Shown here in pieces: positions 45,167 to 58,849 of a DNA stretch of 64,000 bases (position 1 is the stretch's first letter; each line of letters opens with the position of its first letter). The notes beneath the pieces are model-generated. The model worked only from the letters and a program-made list of their open reading frames with translations. It did not search any database and was not told where the DNA came from. Origin of the DNA: Vicinamibacterales bacterium. GTDB lineage: Bacteria; Acidobacteriota; Vicinamibacteria; Vicinamibacterales; UBA2999. The stretch is from positions 12,021-76,020 of the forward strand of contig DASROF010000112.1 in the NCBI GenBank assembly GCA_035647075.1, in the 5' to 3' direction. The position numbers and the translations under genes are program-made.

Positions 45167-46957
45167 TCAAATCCGCTGGAAGTTCTTCTCCACTTCGCGG
45201 CGGGTCAGACGAAGCATCACGGGCCGTCCGTGTGGGCAGATCGTTGAGTAGGCCGTTCGCCGAAGCTCGTCGAGGATGTGCGCCATCTTCTCCGCTGTAA
45301 GCGGATAGTTCGCCTTCACCGCCGCATGGCACGCCATCGTCGCCGCGATCTTCTTGATCGCTTCTTCAACTCGCGAGCCGCGGTCCAGCCCTTCGAGATC
45401 GTCGGCGAGCGTCCGGAGCGTCGCGTCGCAGTCTTCTGACCGAAGCACCGCCGGGTAGGCGGACACGCGGATGGTATCGCCGCCGAACTCCTCGATTTCG
45501 AATCCGAGGCGCTCCAGGTCTGCGCCGTGCGCCAGCAGCGCCTGTCGACCGCTCGGAGGAAGGTTCACGAGCAGCGGTTCAAGCAGACGCTGACTCTCGA
45601 GCCGTCCTGCGGTCAGTCGCTCCGTGATTCGCTCGAACAGTACGCGCTCGTGGGCAACATGCTGGTCGATGATCGCAATGCCCTCTTCGTCAACCGCGAT
45701 GATGAACGTGTCGCGGAATTGCCCGAGAGGCATCATCGGGCGGATCGTCATTGCACCCGCACCAGGCGCGAGAGGTTCGATCGCACCGTCGTTCTCTGGT
45801 GTGTTCGGTGCCACGCGTGCAATTGCACCGTCGCTCCCGCGCGCGCTCGCACCCTCGCGCGGAGGCGCGACTGCCCATCGACTTGGGAACGTCGTTCCGT
45901 AACTCGCTGGCAGCGGCAGCGTTGTCGGCTGTGGAGCGCCGACGGATGGCGCCTGCAGTATCAGCTCGGGTGCCGGCCCGCGCCCGAGTGCGTCTCCGAG
46001 CGTCCGCCGGATCACCTCGTGCACGAACGACTGGTCGCGGAACCTGACCTCCGCCTTGGTCGGATGCACGTTGACGTCGAGCGCGTCGAACGGCATCTCG
46101 ATGAACAGGTGCACCTCCGGACTTCGTTCCTTAATCGACGCGACGCTGTAGGAATCGATGATGGCGTGCGCGATTGTCCGGTCCTTGACGATACGGCGGT
46201 TGACGAAGACGTTCTGGGGACCGCGTGTCGGCCCCTGCTCTGCAAGCGCCGCGATGTATCCCGTGACCGTGACGTCGCCGCGATCGCGACGAACCTCGAT
46301 CAGGTCCGGCCGCTCGCCATATAGCTGATAGAGGCGATCGCGTAGCCCCGCAACCGGAGGGCATTGGAGAACCTTCCGCCCGGAGTTCGTCAGCGTGAAT
46401 CCGATTTCCGGATAGCAGAGCGCGAGCTGCGTCACGACGCGCGACACCTGCGCCGACTCCGCTCCGTCGGACTTCAGGAACTTGCGCCTCGCCGGCAGGT
46501 TGTAGAACAGGTCGGCGACTTCGATCGACGTGCCTTCGGGCATTCCCGTCTCGGCGACAGACGCCACGGCACCGCCGTTGACGCGAATCTCAGTCCCCGA
46601 GGCCGTGCCGCGTGCCCGGCTTCTCAACACAAAATGCGAAACAGAGGCGATACTCGGAAGGGCCTCTCCTCGGAACCCGAGCGTCGCGATCCGTTCGAGG
46701 TCGTCGGCGCGGCGGATCTTGCTCGTCGCGTGGCGCTCAATGGCCAGACGCGCGTCTTCCGGATCCATCCCTTCCCCATCGTCTTCGACACGAATCAGCT
46801 TCTTACCGCCGAATTCGACGGTGATGGTCAGCCGCTTCGCGCCGGCGTCGATCGAGTTTTCGACGAGCTCCTTGATGACCGACGCCGGACGCTCCACCAC
46901 TTCGCCTGCGGCGATCTGATTAGCAAGATCTGACGGCAGCCGGTGAATCTTCCCCAT
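45167..46957 (-). CDS. mutL: DNA mismatch repair protein MutL
   Basis: 596 aa. LANQIAAGEVVERPASVIKELVENSIDAGA and the C-terminal dimerisation/endonuclease region (CPHGRP). Confidence 0.93.
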   Translation of the reverse strand: MGKIHRLPSDLANQIAAGEVVERPASVIKELVENSIDAGAKRLTITVEFGGKKLIRVEDDGEGMDPEDARLAIERHATSKIRRADDLERIATLGFRGEALPSIASVSHFVLRSRARGTASGTEIRVNGGAVASVAETGMPEGTSIEVADLFYNLPARRKFLKSDGAESAQVSRVVTQLALCYPEIGFTLTNSGRKVLQCPPVAGLRDRLYQLYGERPDLIEVRRDRGDVTVTGYIAALAEQGPTRGPQNVFVNRRIVKDRTIAHAIIDSYSVASIKERSPEVHLFIEMPFDALDVNVHPTKAEVRFRDQSFVHEVIRRTLGDALGRGPAPELILQAPSVGAPQPTTLPLPASYGTTFPSRWAVAPPREGASARGSDGAIARVAPNTPENDGAIEPLAPGAGAMTIRPMMPLGQFRDTFIIAVDEEGIAIIDQHVAHERVLFERITERLTAGRLESQRLLEPLLVNLPPSGRQALLAHGADLERLGFEIEEFGGDTIRVSAYPAVLRSEDCDATLRTLADDLEGLDRGSRVEEAIKKIAATMACHAAVKANYPLTAEKMAHILDELRRTAYSTICPHGRPVMLRLTRREVEKNFQRI

Positions 46958-47920
46958 CGGCTCAGATCCACTTCAGGCGGCGGAAGACGACGAGCATCGC
47001 CACGATGACGGCGATCATCACGGCAGACAGCCACCAGAACTGCACATCCGGGCCGCCTGGAAAGTGCGGGATTGTGATGTTCATGCCCCACATCCCGGTC
47101 AGCACCGTGAGCGGCAGGAAGATCGTCGACATGACCGTGAGAACCTTCATCACCTGGTTGAGCCGGTTTGATACGGTGGCAAGGTTGATCTCGAGGATGC
47201 CCGTGACCCGGTCCTGGAACAGGATCGCCTCGTCGGCGTACCTGGCCATGTGGTCGTAGACGTCGCGGAAGCGGAACGCCATCTCATCGGAGATCGCGGG
47301 GAACTCGCGCCGGGCCAACCGGCCCATGACGTCGCGCTGCGGCATGATCACGCGGCGCAACTGGCCCAGTTCGCGCTTCAGCCTGATGACTTGCCGTACG
47401 ATGTGCTCGCGTCCGCTGAAGGCGACCTCCTCGAGCTTGTCGAGACGATTCTCCAGCGCTTCGAGCGCCGGACGGTAGTTGTCGACCATCGCGTCGACAA
47501 TCCGGTGCAGCAACGCCACGGGCCCCTCGCTCAGGATGCGCTCGTGCTGATCGCACAGCTCGCGCAAGCGCCCGATGCTCCGCGACTCTCCGTCGTGGAT
47601 GGTCACCAGGTAGTTCCGCCCGAGGAAGAAGTCGACGTCCCGCGTGGCGAACTGGGTCTTCCCTTTGCTCACGTCGATGCCATGAAGGACCAGGTACAGA
47701 TATCCCGGATACGGCTCGACCTTGGGGTACTGCAGCGAGCTGCGGGCATCGTCAACCGCCAGCGGATGAAACCCGAAGACGTCACTCAAAATCCGGAATT
47801 CGTCGTCGGTCGGCGCCGCCAGGTCCATCCATAGCGTCACCGGGGACGAGGGGTCGAGCCATTCGCGCTCGACCTTCTCTGCCGGTCGGGTGACGCCGTT
47901 CTGGTGCGCGTAGATCGTGA

Positions 47921-50686
<2,766 letters not shown>

Positions 50687-50712
50687 CGTCTCCCCTAAGT
50701 GCTTCCGCGACT

Positions 50713-52914
50713 TTAGCTTTCCGTCACAATTTCCGAAATATCTGCGATTTCGAGGATGAGATCGCGCAGCGTCGCCACCAGTCCCAGCCGGGCTGTGCGC
50801 AGCCGCTCGTCTTCTGCCATCACCAACACATCGTCGAAGAACTTCGCCACCGCCGGCTGCAACTGCGCAATCTGCGTAAACGCATCTTTGTACTCACGTC
50901 GGGCAGCCGCCGCCCGGATGACTGGAGCGCGCGACTCGAGATCCGCCGTCAGCGCGAGTTCCGCCGGCTCCTTCAACGCGGGGCGAATGCTGCTCAGCGA
51001 CTCGACGCCGGCAATTCCTTTCGTGATGTTCTTGACCCGCTTGAGCAGTGTCGCAACACCGAGTAACGCCTCCGACCCACTCAGCTGCGCCAGCGCTTCC
51101 AGTTTCTTGCGCGCCTCGTACGGGCTCAGACGCTCCACCCCGCCGTGCATCACTGCCCGAACGGCCCGCACGTCGAAGCCGCGTTGCTCCAGCAAGTACG
51201 CAACGCGATCGGAGATAAACGACAACAGCGGCGCGGCGGCGTCTCCATAGCCCCCGAACGGCTCCGCGGCGCGCGCCAGGATCGGACCAATCGCGGGCGT
51301 CGCCGTCATGCCGGTGAGCTCCGGGAGATCGGCAAGGATCTTCATCGCGCCTTGCGCCTGACGACGAAGCCCGAGCGGATCGCGCGACCCGGTCGGGCGC
51401 TCGCCAGCGGTAAACATTCCGACCACCGAGTCGAGCTTGTCAGCGAGCGACACCGCCGCCCAGCTGACCCCAGCCTGCCCGAGTTGCTGACGCGATGGCG
51501 CGGCGTCGGCCTCCACGCCAACCGGCAGGTAGTGGTAGTAGATCGCCTTCCACACCGGCTCGGGTTGCCCCTCTTCGCGGGTGTAGATTCCACCCATCGT
51601 TCCCTGCAGCTCGGTGAGCTCCCTGACCATGTCCGTCGCCAGGTCTGCCTTGCATAGGCGTGCAGCCTGCCGGGCGTCCGTCGCGGCATTCGGCTGCTTG
51701 AACGCCTCGGTGGCGATCCACGCGGCGAGTGCCGCCACCCGCTCGCCCTTTTCGTGGTAGCTGCCCAGCTTCTTGTGAAACAGGATGGTGGAGAGACGTT
51801 CGATTCGCGACTCGAGCGGTTTCTTTCGATCCTCTTCCCAGAAGAAGCGCGCATCGCGCAGGCGCGCAGTCAGCACCCGCTCGCAGTTGCGGGCGATTAC
51901 CTCAGGTTTCTCGGCCTGCGTGTTGGTCACTGCCAGAAACGCCGGCTTGAGCCGTCCTTCTTCATCCACCACCGGGAAGTAATGCTGATGGTGAATCATC
52001 GTCGTCGTCAGCACTTCTTCCGGGAGCTGCAGAAACTCCACCGGGAAGTGGCCAGCGACGACGGAGGGGTACTCGACAAGGTCCGGCACCTCCTGCAAGA
52101 GCGACGATTGTGCCGCCACAAGACTGCTGACCCGGCCCCCAAGTTTTCGCGCGTGCGTTTCGAGCTCACGCTTAATCTTCGACTCACGCTCGCTGCGCTT
52201 CAGCATGACGAAGTTTTCAAGGAGCCGCGCTTCGTAGTCTTCGAAGGTCTTGACCTTGATCGCCCGTCCAGCCCGTCCACTCGTCGTCAGAAACCGATGC
52301 CCGTACGTATTCGCGCCGGTCCTGACGTCCTGGACCGTGGGACCCTGCGCCAGTTCGGTGCGACGGATCACAAACGGCACCACGCGGCCTCCGTACAGCA
52401 GGATGAGCCAGCGAATCGGACGCGCGAATACCAGGTCGCCCTTGTCGTCGTCGAGATACGCGTCCCAGCGCATCTGCTTCGGGAATGTCATGCTTCGAAG
52501 CAGCCCGCTCATGACATCGGGCAGTACGTCGACGGTCGCCTTTCCACGCTGGTGCACGCGGTAGGCCAGATAGGTTCCCTTCGGCGTTTCCTGCCGTTCG
52601 AGCGCCGAGACGTCTACGCCGTACTTTTTCGCGAACCCGGCAGCCGCCGGCGTCGGTTCACCATCGGGTTTGAACGCCGCGGACACCGGCGGTCCCGTGA
52701 CGAGCTCTTCGAAGTCCGTCTGACGCTCGGCGAGCTTGATGACCCGCGCAGTCAGTCGCCGAGGCGTGCTGTACGTTTCGGCGGACGCATCGGTCTCCAG
52801 CCGCAGCTGCTTCAGACGGGCATCCAGCTGCTCGCCGAGTTGCCTCGTCAATCCAGGCAGCCAGCTCGCTGGAATTTCCTCACAGCCGATTTCGATCAGG
52901 AGTTCGCGGTCCAC
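50713..52914 (-). CDS. glyS: Glycine--tRNA ligase beta subunit
   Basis: 733 aa. [19 protein letters not shown] start typical of GlyS. Immediately downstream of glyQ. Confidence 0.93.
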   Translation of the reverse strand: MDRELLIEIGCEEIPASWLPGLTRQLGEQLDARLKQLRLETDASAETYSTPRRLTARVIKLAERQTDFEELVTGPPVSAAFKPDGEPTPAAAGFAKKYGVDVSALERQETPKGTYLAYRVHQRGKATVDVLPDVMSGLLRSMTFPKQMRWDAYLDDDKGDLVFARPIRWLILLYGGRVVPFVIRRTELAQGPTVQDVRTGANTYGHRFLTTSGRAGRAIKVKTFEDYEARLLENFVMLKRSERESKIKRELETHARKLGGRVSSLVAAQSSLLQEVPDLVEYPSVVAGHFPVEFLQLPEEVLTTTMIHHQHYFPVVDEEGRLKPAFLAVTNTQAEKPEVIARNCERVLTARLRDARFFWEEDRKKPLESRIERLSTILFHKKLGSYHEKGERVAALAAWIATEAFKQPNAATDARQAARLCKADLATDMVRELTELQGTMGGIYTREEGQPEPVWKAIYYHYLPVGVEADAAPSRQQLGQAGVSWAAVSLADKLDSVVGMFTAGERPTGSRDPLGLRRQAQGAMKILADLPELTGMTATPAIGPILARAAEPFGGYGDAAAPLLSFISDRVAYLLEQRGFDVRAVRAVMHGGVERLSPYEARKKLEALAQLSGSEALLGVATLLKRVKNITKGIAGVESLSSIRPALKEPAELALTADLESRAPVIRAAAARREYKDAFTQIAQLQPAVAKFFDDVLVMAEDERLRTARLGLVATLRDLILEIADISEIVTES

Positions 52915-52917
52915 CGC

Positions 52918-53829
52918 CTAGGCCCTCTCCCTCGGTGGTGCCCCGCCGAAGCTGGCCACGTCACCATCCGGCGAGGATGGTGCGACGTACGCCTGTGCAA
53001 TCTTCACCGCAAGCTGCCGCACACGCAGGATGTAGGCCGTGCGCTCGGTCACGCCGATGCTGCCGCTGGAGTCGAGAATATTGAACAGATGCGAGCACTT
53101 CAGCGCATGCTCGAGCGCGGGCCAAATCAATCCCGAATCAAGCAGCTGTCCGGCAAACACGAAATACTTCTCAAAGAGATCGCGGTGCAGGGCGGCGAAC
53201 TCCGCCGCTGGTATGTTGACCTGACCGAACGCGTACTTCGACTGATCGATTTCTTCCTGCAGCCGCACCTCCCCGTATTTCACCCCGCCACCCCACTCGA
53301 GATCGAACACGTTATCGACGCGCTGCAGGAACATCGCGATGCGTTCGAGTCCGTAGGTGATCTCGCAGGAGATGGGCGCCAGGTCGATGCCACCCACCTG
53401 CTGGAAGTACGTGAACTGCGTAATTTCAAGACCGTCCAGAAGCACCTGCCAGCCGATCCCCCAGGCGCCGAGCGTCGGCGACTCCCAGTTGTCCTCCTCG
53501 AAACGGATGTCGTGCTGCCGCGGATTGATGCCGCAGGCCTCGAGACTATCGAGATATAGCTGCTGCACTTCGTCGGGTGAGGGTTTCAGGATGACCTGAT
53601 ACTGGTGATGCTTGAACAGACGGTTCGGATTCTGGCCGAAGCGGCCGTCGTCGGGGCGCCGCGCTGGCTGCACGTAGGCGACGCTCCACGGCTTCGGACC
53701 GAGCACGCGGAACAGTGTTTCCGGATGCGACGTGCCGGCGCCGACTTCGAGGTCGAGCGGCTGCTGCAACAGACATCCGTGGGAGGACCAGAATGCCGAC
53801 AGCTTGAGGATGAGATCTTGAAACGTCAC
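52918..53829 (-). CDS. glyQ: Glycine--tRNA ligase alpha subunit
   Basis: 303 aa. [17 protein letters not shown]...[18 protein letters not shown]. Confidence 0.95.
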   Translation of the reverse strand: MTFQDLILKLSAFWSSHGCLLQQPLDLEVGAGTSHPETLFRVLGPKPWSVAYVQPARRPDDGRFGQNPNRLFKHHQYQVILKPSPDEVQQLYLDSLEACGINPRQHDIRFEEDNWESPTLGAWGIGWQVLLDGLEITQFTYFQQVGGIDLAPISCEITYGLERIAMFLQRVDNVFDLEWGGGVKYGEVRLQEEIDQSKYAFGQVNIPAAEFAALHRDLFEKYFVFAGQLLDSGLIWPALEHALKCSHLFNILDSSGSIGVTERTAYILRVRQLAVKIAQAYVAPSSPDGDVASFGGAPPRERA

Positions 53830-53838
53830 GAAGCGTTT

Positions 53839-54513
53839 TCAGCCCTGCCTGCGTAATTCGCGAAGCACGCGATCGGATTTCAGCGACTTCTCCAGATGCG
53901 TCGCGATCAGCGCGCGATGTATGCCTTCCAGCTCCCTCAGGACACGCGCGTCGGCCGGCACGGCGCCCACTTCATGCGGCGGCACGACACGAACCGCGGT
54001 GAGAAACCTCAGCGCGTCCGGCGACAGCGTGCCGCGCGCTTCCGGATAGACCCCCTGCAGCCGAAGCAGCCAGTACTCGAAATAGCGCGCCAGCGGCTCC
54101 GTCGGCACACCCGCCGTCAGTGCGTCGAGCATCGACGCGCCAAGCCGGTACAACCGATCGTCCGCGTCACTGTCTTGCGCCCACTCGTCAAGCAGTTCCG
54201 CAAAGTACTCGACGAGCATGTAATGCCCCGTCTCCGTGGACGCTGCCGGCATCGCGGTGGCCATCAACAACGGCGATCGAACCGTCTCCGCGTAATTGAG
54301 CCCCACGAGCTCGCGCCGTTCGCTCTCAAAGTAGGCGACTCGGACTTCCGTCAGCGGCTCCAGCGCGCCGGCGAACGGGGACCGCTGCCGTCGCGCCCCC
54401 TTCGCCACGCCGCGCTTCTTGCCGCGGTCGCGGGTCAGGAATACGACGATCCGATCGGCTTCACCCAGCTTATAGGTGCGGAGAACCAGGGCTTCGGCTG
54501 TGTGGAGCGGCAC
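53839..54513 (-). CDS. recO: DNA repair protein RecO
   Basis: 224 aa. AEALVLRTYKLGEADRIVVFLTRDRGKKRGVAKGARR OB-fold N-terminus. Confidence 0.85.
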   Translation of the reverse strand: MPLHTAEALVLRTYKLGEADRIVVFLTRDRGKKRGVAKGARRQRSPFAGALEPLTEVRVAYFESERRELVGLNYAETVRSPLLMATAMPAASTETGHYMLVEYFAELLDEWAQDSDADDRLYRLGASMLDALTAGVPTEPLARYFEYWLLRLQGVYPEARGTLSPDALRFLTAVRVVPPHEVGAVPADARVLRELEGIHRALIATHLEKSLKSDRVLRELRRQG

Positions 54514-54543
54514 GAACGCCCTATTTTATGTCGGTTCCCTCCT

Positions 54544-55917
54544 TTACCCGCCCGGCACCAGATACTTTGCGAACACGGCCGCCAGGCCCAGGAACGAGAA
54601 ATAGCCAAACACATCCGTCATGGTCGTGATGAACACCGATGACCCCAGCGCCGGATCGACGTTCGCCGCTCTCAGTCCCAGCGGAATCAACGTGCCGGCA
54701 GTGGCGGCCACAAACATGTTGATAACCATCGCCATTCCGAGCACGGCACCAAGCATCGGGTTGCCGCGGGTCACCATCACCACCAGCGCCGCGGCCGTGC
54801 CGAGTGCGAGGCCGTTCCCGATGCCGACGGCGGCTTCCTTCAGTAACGCCTTCCGCGAGTTGCTCCACGTCAGCTCACCGAGCGCGATCCCGCGCACGAT
54901 GACGGTCATCGTCTGTGTAGCGGCATTGCCGCCCATGCCGGCGACGATGGGCATGAAGATGGCCAGCACGGGGAACAGATCGATTTGCTTTTCAAACAAC
55001 GCCACAACGCCGGCAGCCAGAAATGCGGTAGCGAGGTTCACGGCCAGCCAGGGCACTCGCTTGCGAAGCGACTCACCCGCCGGCGTAAACGCGCGCTCGT
55101 CACCCGCAACACCGGCCAACCGGTAGATGTCTTCTGTCGCTTCGTCCTTGATGACGTCGATGACGTCATCAACCGTAATGATCCCGACAAGCTTGTTCTC
55201 TTCGTCCGTGACCGGAATGGCCAGCAGGTTGTACGCCGCGACCTGCCGCGCCACCTCCTCCTGGTCCATGTCCACGCGCGCGCTGATCAGATCCGCGGTC
55301 ATGATGCGCTTGAGCGGCGTCTCCGGTGAGACCAGCAGCAGGCGTCGAAGCGAGACGACGCCGACGAGATGCTTCCGGTCATCGACGACGTAGAGATAGA
55401 AGACCATCTCGACATCCCGGTTGTTCTGCAGCTCGGTGATCGCCTCGCCAACCGTCATGTCTTCGCTGAGGGCGAAGACGTGCGGGTTCATGATGCGGCC
55501 CGCGGTCTGCTCGTCGTACTCGAGCAGGTTCTCGACGACGCCGGACTCCTTCGGACGCATCAGGTCGAGCACTGCCGATGACAGCTCTTCAGGCAGGTAA
55601 TCGATCAGGGCTGCCGCGTCGTCGGACGGGATCTCCTGGGCCAGCTTGGCGATATCTTCAGCGGAGCGCGTGGCCAGCAGAGCGGAGCCCGACTCAGGCC
55701 CGAGTTCGGAGATCGTCTCCATCGCCAGCCGGCCGTTCCGTTCGGCCAGCAGGCTGAACGCGGCCTCGCGGTCCTTCTCTGCCAGTTCGCCGAAGATTTG
55801 AGCGAGATCGGCTGGGTGCTGCTTCTGCAGCAGGTTCAACAGGTTAGCGGTCGCACCAATGCGCAGCAGTCGCTTGACTGAGTCGAGGACGAGATCGATT
55901 CTGCGTTGCGCCGCCAT
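54544..55917 (-). CDS. mgtE: Magnesium transporter MgtE
   Basis: 457 aa. N-domain, tandem CBS region, and a C-terminal 5-TM domain with PIVAGMGGNAATQ. Confidence 0.9.
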   Translation of the reverse strand: MAAQRRIDLVLDSVKRLLRIGATANLLNLLQKQHPADLAQIFGELAEKDREAAFSLLAERNGRLAMETISELGPESGSALLATRSAEDIAKLAQEIPSDDAAALIDYLPEELSSAVLDLMRPKESGVVENLLEYDEQTAGRIMNPHVFALSEDMTVGEAITELQNNRDVEMVFYLYVVDDRKHLVGVVSLRRLLLVSPETPLKRIMTADLISARVDMDQEEVARQVAAYNLLAIPVTDEENKLVGIITVDDVIDVIKDEATEDIYRLAGVAGDERAFTPAGESLRKRVPWLAVNLATAFLAAGVVALFEKQIDLFPVLAIFMPIVAGMGGNAATQTMTVIVRGIALGELTWSNSRKALLKEAAVGIGNGLALGTAAALVVMVTRGNPMLGAVLGMAMVINMFVAATAGTLIPLGLRAANVDPALGSSVFITTMTDVFGYFSFLGLAAVFAKYLVPGG

Positions 55918-55995
55918 GATGAATGTCTGACATCCGCCTCCGCCTATAGCTTCGGCGCGACCGCCGTTGGCGGCCTAAACGGCTAAATGTAGCAC

Positions 55996-56024
55996 GGAAG
56001 AAACGGCAGACTCCGGACGTCTAA
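55996..56024 (+). promoter_or_regulatory. ECF-type promoter candidate GGAAG-N17-CGTCTAA just upstream of the ECF sigma gene (autoregulation)
   Basis: Read directly. It resembles the GGAAC-N16-17-CGTC/GTCT class of ECF promoters, with a very short leader. Confidence 0.3.
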
Positions 56025-56036
56025 TGAGCCAGGTGG

Positions 56037-56654
56037 GTGGGAATGTCGGCCGGAACGCCTGAACGGCGTTCCTCGAGCGGCGAGATCAGCGCCGAGGTCG
56101 TCGAGGCGTGCCGCCGGGGTGACCGGGATGCGTTCCGATCGCTCTACGAGGCGTATAAGGATCGCGTCTACTCGATCGCCTACTACTACTTTCATGCAGA
56201 CAGCGACGCCGCGGGCGAGGTGACTCAGCAGGTGTTTCTGAAGTTGATGCGCGAGATGAGCAGATTCCGTGGGGAGTCCGCGTTTTCAACATGGCTGTAT
56301 CGACTGGTCGTCAACGCCTGCGTCGATCGATCACGCAGCCGTCGCAAAGACGCGTTCGGTGAAGACCCGATCGTGCTGGAGCGGATGGCAACGCACGCGT
56401 CGCACGAAGACCTGTTCGCGCAGCGTGAGGTCGCAGAGTCAGTACAACAGGCAATTGCCGCGCTCCCCGCCAAGCTGCGGGTCGCCATCCTGTTGCGCTA
56501 TTTCGAAGACCTCTCCTATGCGGACATGGCGACGGCGCTGAACTGCTCGATCGGAACGGTGGCGTCCAGGCTGAGTCGAGGACATCGCTTGCTCGCCAGG
56601 ACGCTGGCTCCGATGCGAGAGACGATTGCGGCGGAGCCTCCGCCGAAGGCTTAA
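56037..56654 (+). CDS. ECF-type RNA polymerase sigma factor
   Basis: 205 aa. Region 2 (RVYSIAYYYF...FSTWLYRLVVNACVDR) and region 4 (YFEDLSYADMATALNCSIGTVASRLSRG). Start is GTG 56037 or ATG 56043. Confidence 0.85.
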   Translation: MGMSAGTPERRSSSGEISAEVVEACRRGDRDAFRSLYEAYKDRVYSIAYYYFHADSDAAGEVTQQVFLKLMREMSRFRGESAFSTWLYRLVVNACVDRSRSRRKDAFGEDPIVLERMATHASHEDLFAQREVAESVQQAIAALPAKLRVAILLRYFEDLSYADMATALNCSIGTVASRLSRGHRLLARTLAPMRETIAAEPPPKA

Positions 56655-56659
56655 GGCTT

Positions 56660-57727
56660 GTGGACATGTTTACCAGGCACGTCGATAAATCACTCACCCG
56701 CTACTCGGACGGCGAGTTGACCGCCGTCGAGGAGCGGCGTATCGACGATCACCTGGCGTCATGTTCGAAGTGCCGCGCGGCGCTGGATGAGATTCAGTTC
56801 TCGACGCGGCTGATGCGTCAGCTCAGTGGGGTCAACGCCCCTTCGTCCGTTTGGAACGGGATCGATGCCGCACTGACGGAGTGGCGGAATGACGGCTCTG
56901 CCTACGGGGGAACCCTCCCCACCGGGCATGTCTTCGGACGACCGCTGCGGTGGGCTGTAGCCGTCGCACTGATTGCAATCGTTTCGGGCGGTGCGTATTT
57001 GTGGACTCGTGAGACTACGCCCCGACCATGGGAAGTTGCTCACACGATGGGCGGCGCGCGGCGAATGGCCGCTGGAGAGTGGGTTGAAACCGATAGCAGC
57101 TCGAAGGCGCGGATCATCGTCGGCCCCCTGGGGACGGTCGATGTCGAACCGGGGACTCGTGTGCAGCTCGGCCAGGTGCGCGATTCCGAGTATCGGCTGG
57201 CGTTGTCGCACGGCACGATAAGCGCCGAGATCAATGCCCCGCCGCGGCTGTTCATCGTCGACACGCCGGCCAGCGCGGTCGTCGACCTCGGTTGCGCCTA
57301 CACGGTCACGGTCGGCAAGGACGGGGCCGGCGAACTGCACATGACGACCGGCTGGGCCGCCCTCGAATTCAACGGTCGGGAATCGCTTGTCCCTGCCGGC
57401 GCAATCTGCCGCACGAAGCGCGGCACCGGACCTGGCACTCCGTACTTCGAGGACGCGTCCATTGCCTTGCGGCAGGCGGTCGACGACTTCGACAGCGGCA
57501 AGGACGCTCGCCGCGCGCTCGAGGTGATCCTGAATGAAGCCCGCATTCGAGACACGCTGACGCTCTGGCACCTGTTAGCGCGCGTGAACCCGTCGGACCG
57601 GCAACGTATCTACGACCGAATCGCGGCGGTCGCGCCGCTATCGGCTCGCGTGTCGCGTGATCAGATTCTGGCGTTAGACCCCGATGCGTTGCGGAGGTGG
57701 CGAGAAGAGCTCGCCTGGAAATGGTAA
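56660..57727 (+). CDS. Anti-sigma factor (zf-HC2) with TM and FecR-like periplasmic domain
   Basis: 355 aa. HLASCSKCRAAL zinc-finger anti-sigma motif and a TM (WAVAVALIAIVSGGAYLW). Lies 5 nt after the sigma gene. Confidence 0.8.
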   Translation: MDMFTRHVDKSLTRYSDGELTAVEERRIDDHLASCSKCRAALDEIQFSTRLMRQLSGVNAPSSVWNGIDAALTEWRNDGSAYGGTLPTGHVFGRPLRWAVAVALIAIVSGGAYLWTRETTPRPWEVAHTMGGARRMAAGEWVETDSSSKARIIVGPLGTVDVEPGTRVQLGQVRDSEYRLALSHGTISAEINAPPRLFIVDTPASAVVDLGCAYTVTVGKDGAGELHMTTGWAALEFNGRESLVPAGAICRTKRGTGPGTPYFEDASIALRQAVDDFDSGKDARRALEVILNEARIRDTLTLWHLLARVNPSDRQRIYDRIAAVAPLSARVSRDQILALDPDALRRWREELAWKW

Positions 57728-57745
57728 TCACTGGAGGAGCCTGAG

Positions 57746-58246
57746 ATGTCGTTCACCAGAACAGTCGGCACAACGGCCGTGGCCATCACCTGCCTTGTCG
57801 CCGTGGCAGGCGCAGGAACCATGTTCCGTCTGGAAATCGGTCCACCCATCGCGGCGGGCATTTCGAAGAGCAAGGACCTGAAGAAGACGGACGGCAAGAA
57901 GGCCGTTCTCGCGGTACGCGCTCTTGTCTGCGATGACCTGGCACACGTCCAGATTAGCGGCACCGCTGAAGGGCTCGTCAACGGAGCCCGGCAGTCTCTT
58001 CCACTCACATTGACCGAGGTCGACAGGGGTGAAGCGATCTATTTCATCGCGCAGCAGTGGCCGAATGAGGGCGCATGGGTGCTGCACCTCAAGGGGTCCT
58101 GCTCGAACCCGAAAGCCGAAGCCAGCACCCTGGTGGCGGTGAGCAAGGGTGCATTCATCCGCGAGAAGAGCGAAGTGCTTCGCGAACCGGCGACGAAGAA
58201 ACAGGTGGAGGACGCCGTCAAGGCAGTCGCCCGCTCACAGTCGTAG
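57746..58246 (+). CDS. Small secreted hypothetical protein
   Basis: 166 aa with an N-terminal signal/anchor (TAVAITCLVAVAGAG). Lies 18 nt after the anti-sigma gene. Confidence 0.55.
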   Translation: MSFTRTVGTTAVAITCLVAVAGAGTMFRLEIGPPIAAGISKSKDLKKTDGKKAVLAVRALVCDDLAHVQISGTAEGLVNGARQSLPLTLTEVDRGEAIYFIAQQWPNEGAWVLHLKGSCSNPKAEASTLVAVSKGAFIREKSEVLREPATKKQVEDAVKAVARSQS

Positions 58247-58269
58247 GTCGCAGCGCTTCGTCGTCGTCA

Positions 58270-58300
58270 GCACCCAGCGAAAGTTCACGTCGCTGGGTGC
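58270..58300 (+). terminator. Strong hairpin GCACCCAGCG-N11-CGCTGGGTGC, 24 nt after the secreted-protein gene
   Basis: Perfect 10-bp stem read directly, with no U-tract. It separates the sigma/anti-sigma unit from the receiver-HEAT-GT2-HK-YaiO unit. Confidence 0.4.
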
Positions 58301-58399
58301 AGCCGCGTGCATGGCGATGCAGTGCTACACCGGTCCCGTTGCCGCAGTCCTGATCCTTTCTGTAACGACCATCCCTCCAGCAGTCGATAAGCCAGCCAG

Positions 58400-58825
58400 G
58401 TGGCACACACATCAACGGCGGCGGCAACTGCGAACGCGACGGTCTCGACACTCCGCGACGTGCTCGTCATCGAGGACGATCCGGTCGTCTCGCGACTGGT
58501 CGAACACCTGCTGACCCGGCGCGGCTTCGCCGTGCACGTCGCCGCCGACGGCCTTCACGCCCAGTCCCTGCTCAAAACCCTGCCGCGACCGGCCGTCATC
58601 GTGATGGACGTGATGCTGCCCTACGTGGGCGGCTTCGAGCTGATCACTGAGATTCGTCAGACATCCGGCTGGGAACGCGTCCCTGTGATCATGCTGACTT
58701 CGAAGTCACAGGAACGCGACGTTCTGCGCGCATTCGACGCCGGCGTCAACGACTATGTGGTCAAACCATTCCGTCCCGAGGAGTTCGTAGCTCGCGTCCG
58801 ACGCCTGGCGGATGCGCGCGATTAG
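58400..58825 (+). CDS. Stand-alone response-regulator receiver protein (CheY-like, no output domain)
   Basis: 141 aa. VLVIEDD..., VIVMDVMLPYVGG (acceptor Asp), MLTSK, VVKPF. The start could also be GTG at 58451. Confidence 0.8.
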   Translation: MAHTSTAAATANATVSTLRDVLVIEDDPVVSRLVEHLLTRRGFAVHVAADGLHAQSLLKTLPRPAVIVMDVMLPYVGGFELITEIRQTSGWERVPVIMLTSKSQERDVLRAFDAGVNDYVVKPFRPEEFVARVRRLADARD

Positions 58826-58849
58826 GGCCACGCAGGGCGGCACACATCC

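Noticed and set aside
51754-53559. 601-aa ORF antisense to glyS/glyQ
   Set aside because: Shadow ORF opposite two unambiguous aminoacyl-tRNA synthetase subunit genes.
55918-56036. Possible M-box (Mg2+) riboswitch upstream of mgtE
   Set aside because: The leader is only about 119 nt and is shared with the divergent ECF sigma promoter. That is too short for the roughly 160-170-nt M-box, and I could not find its conserved helices by eye.
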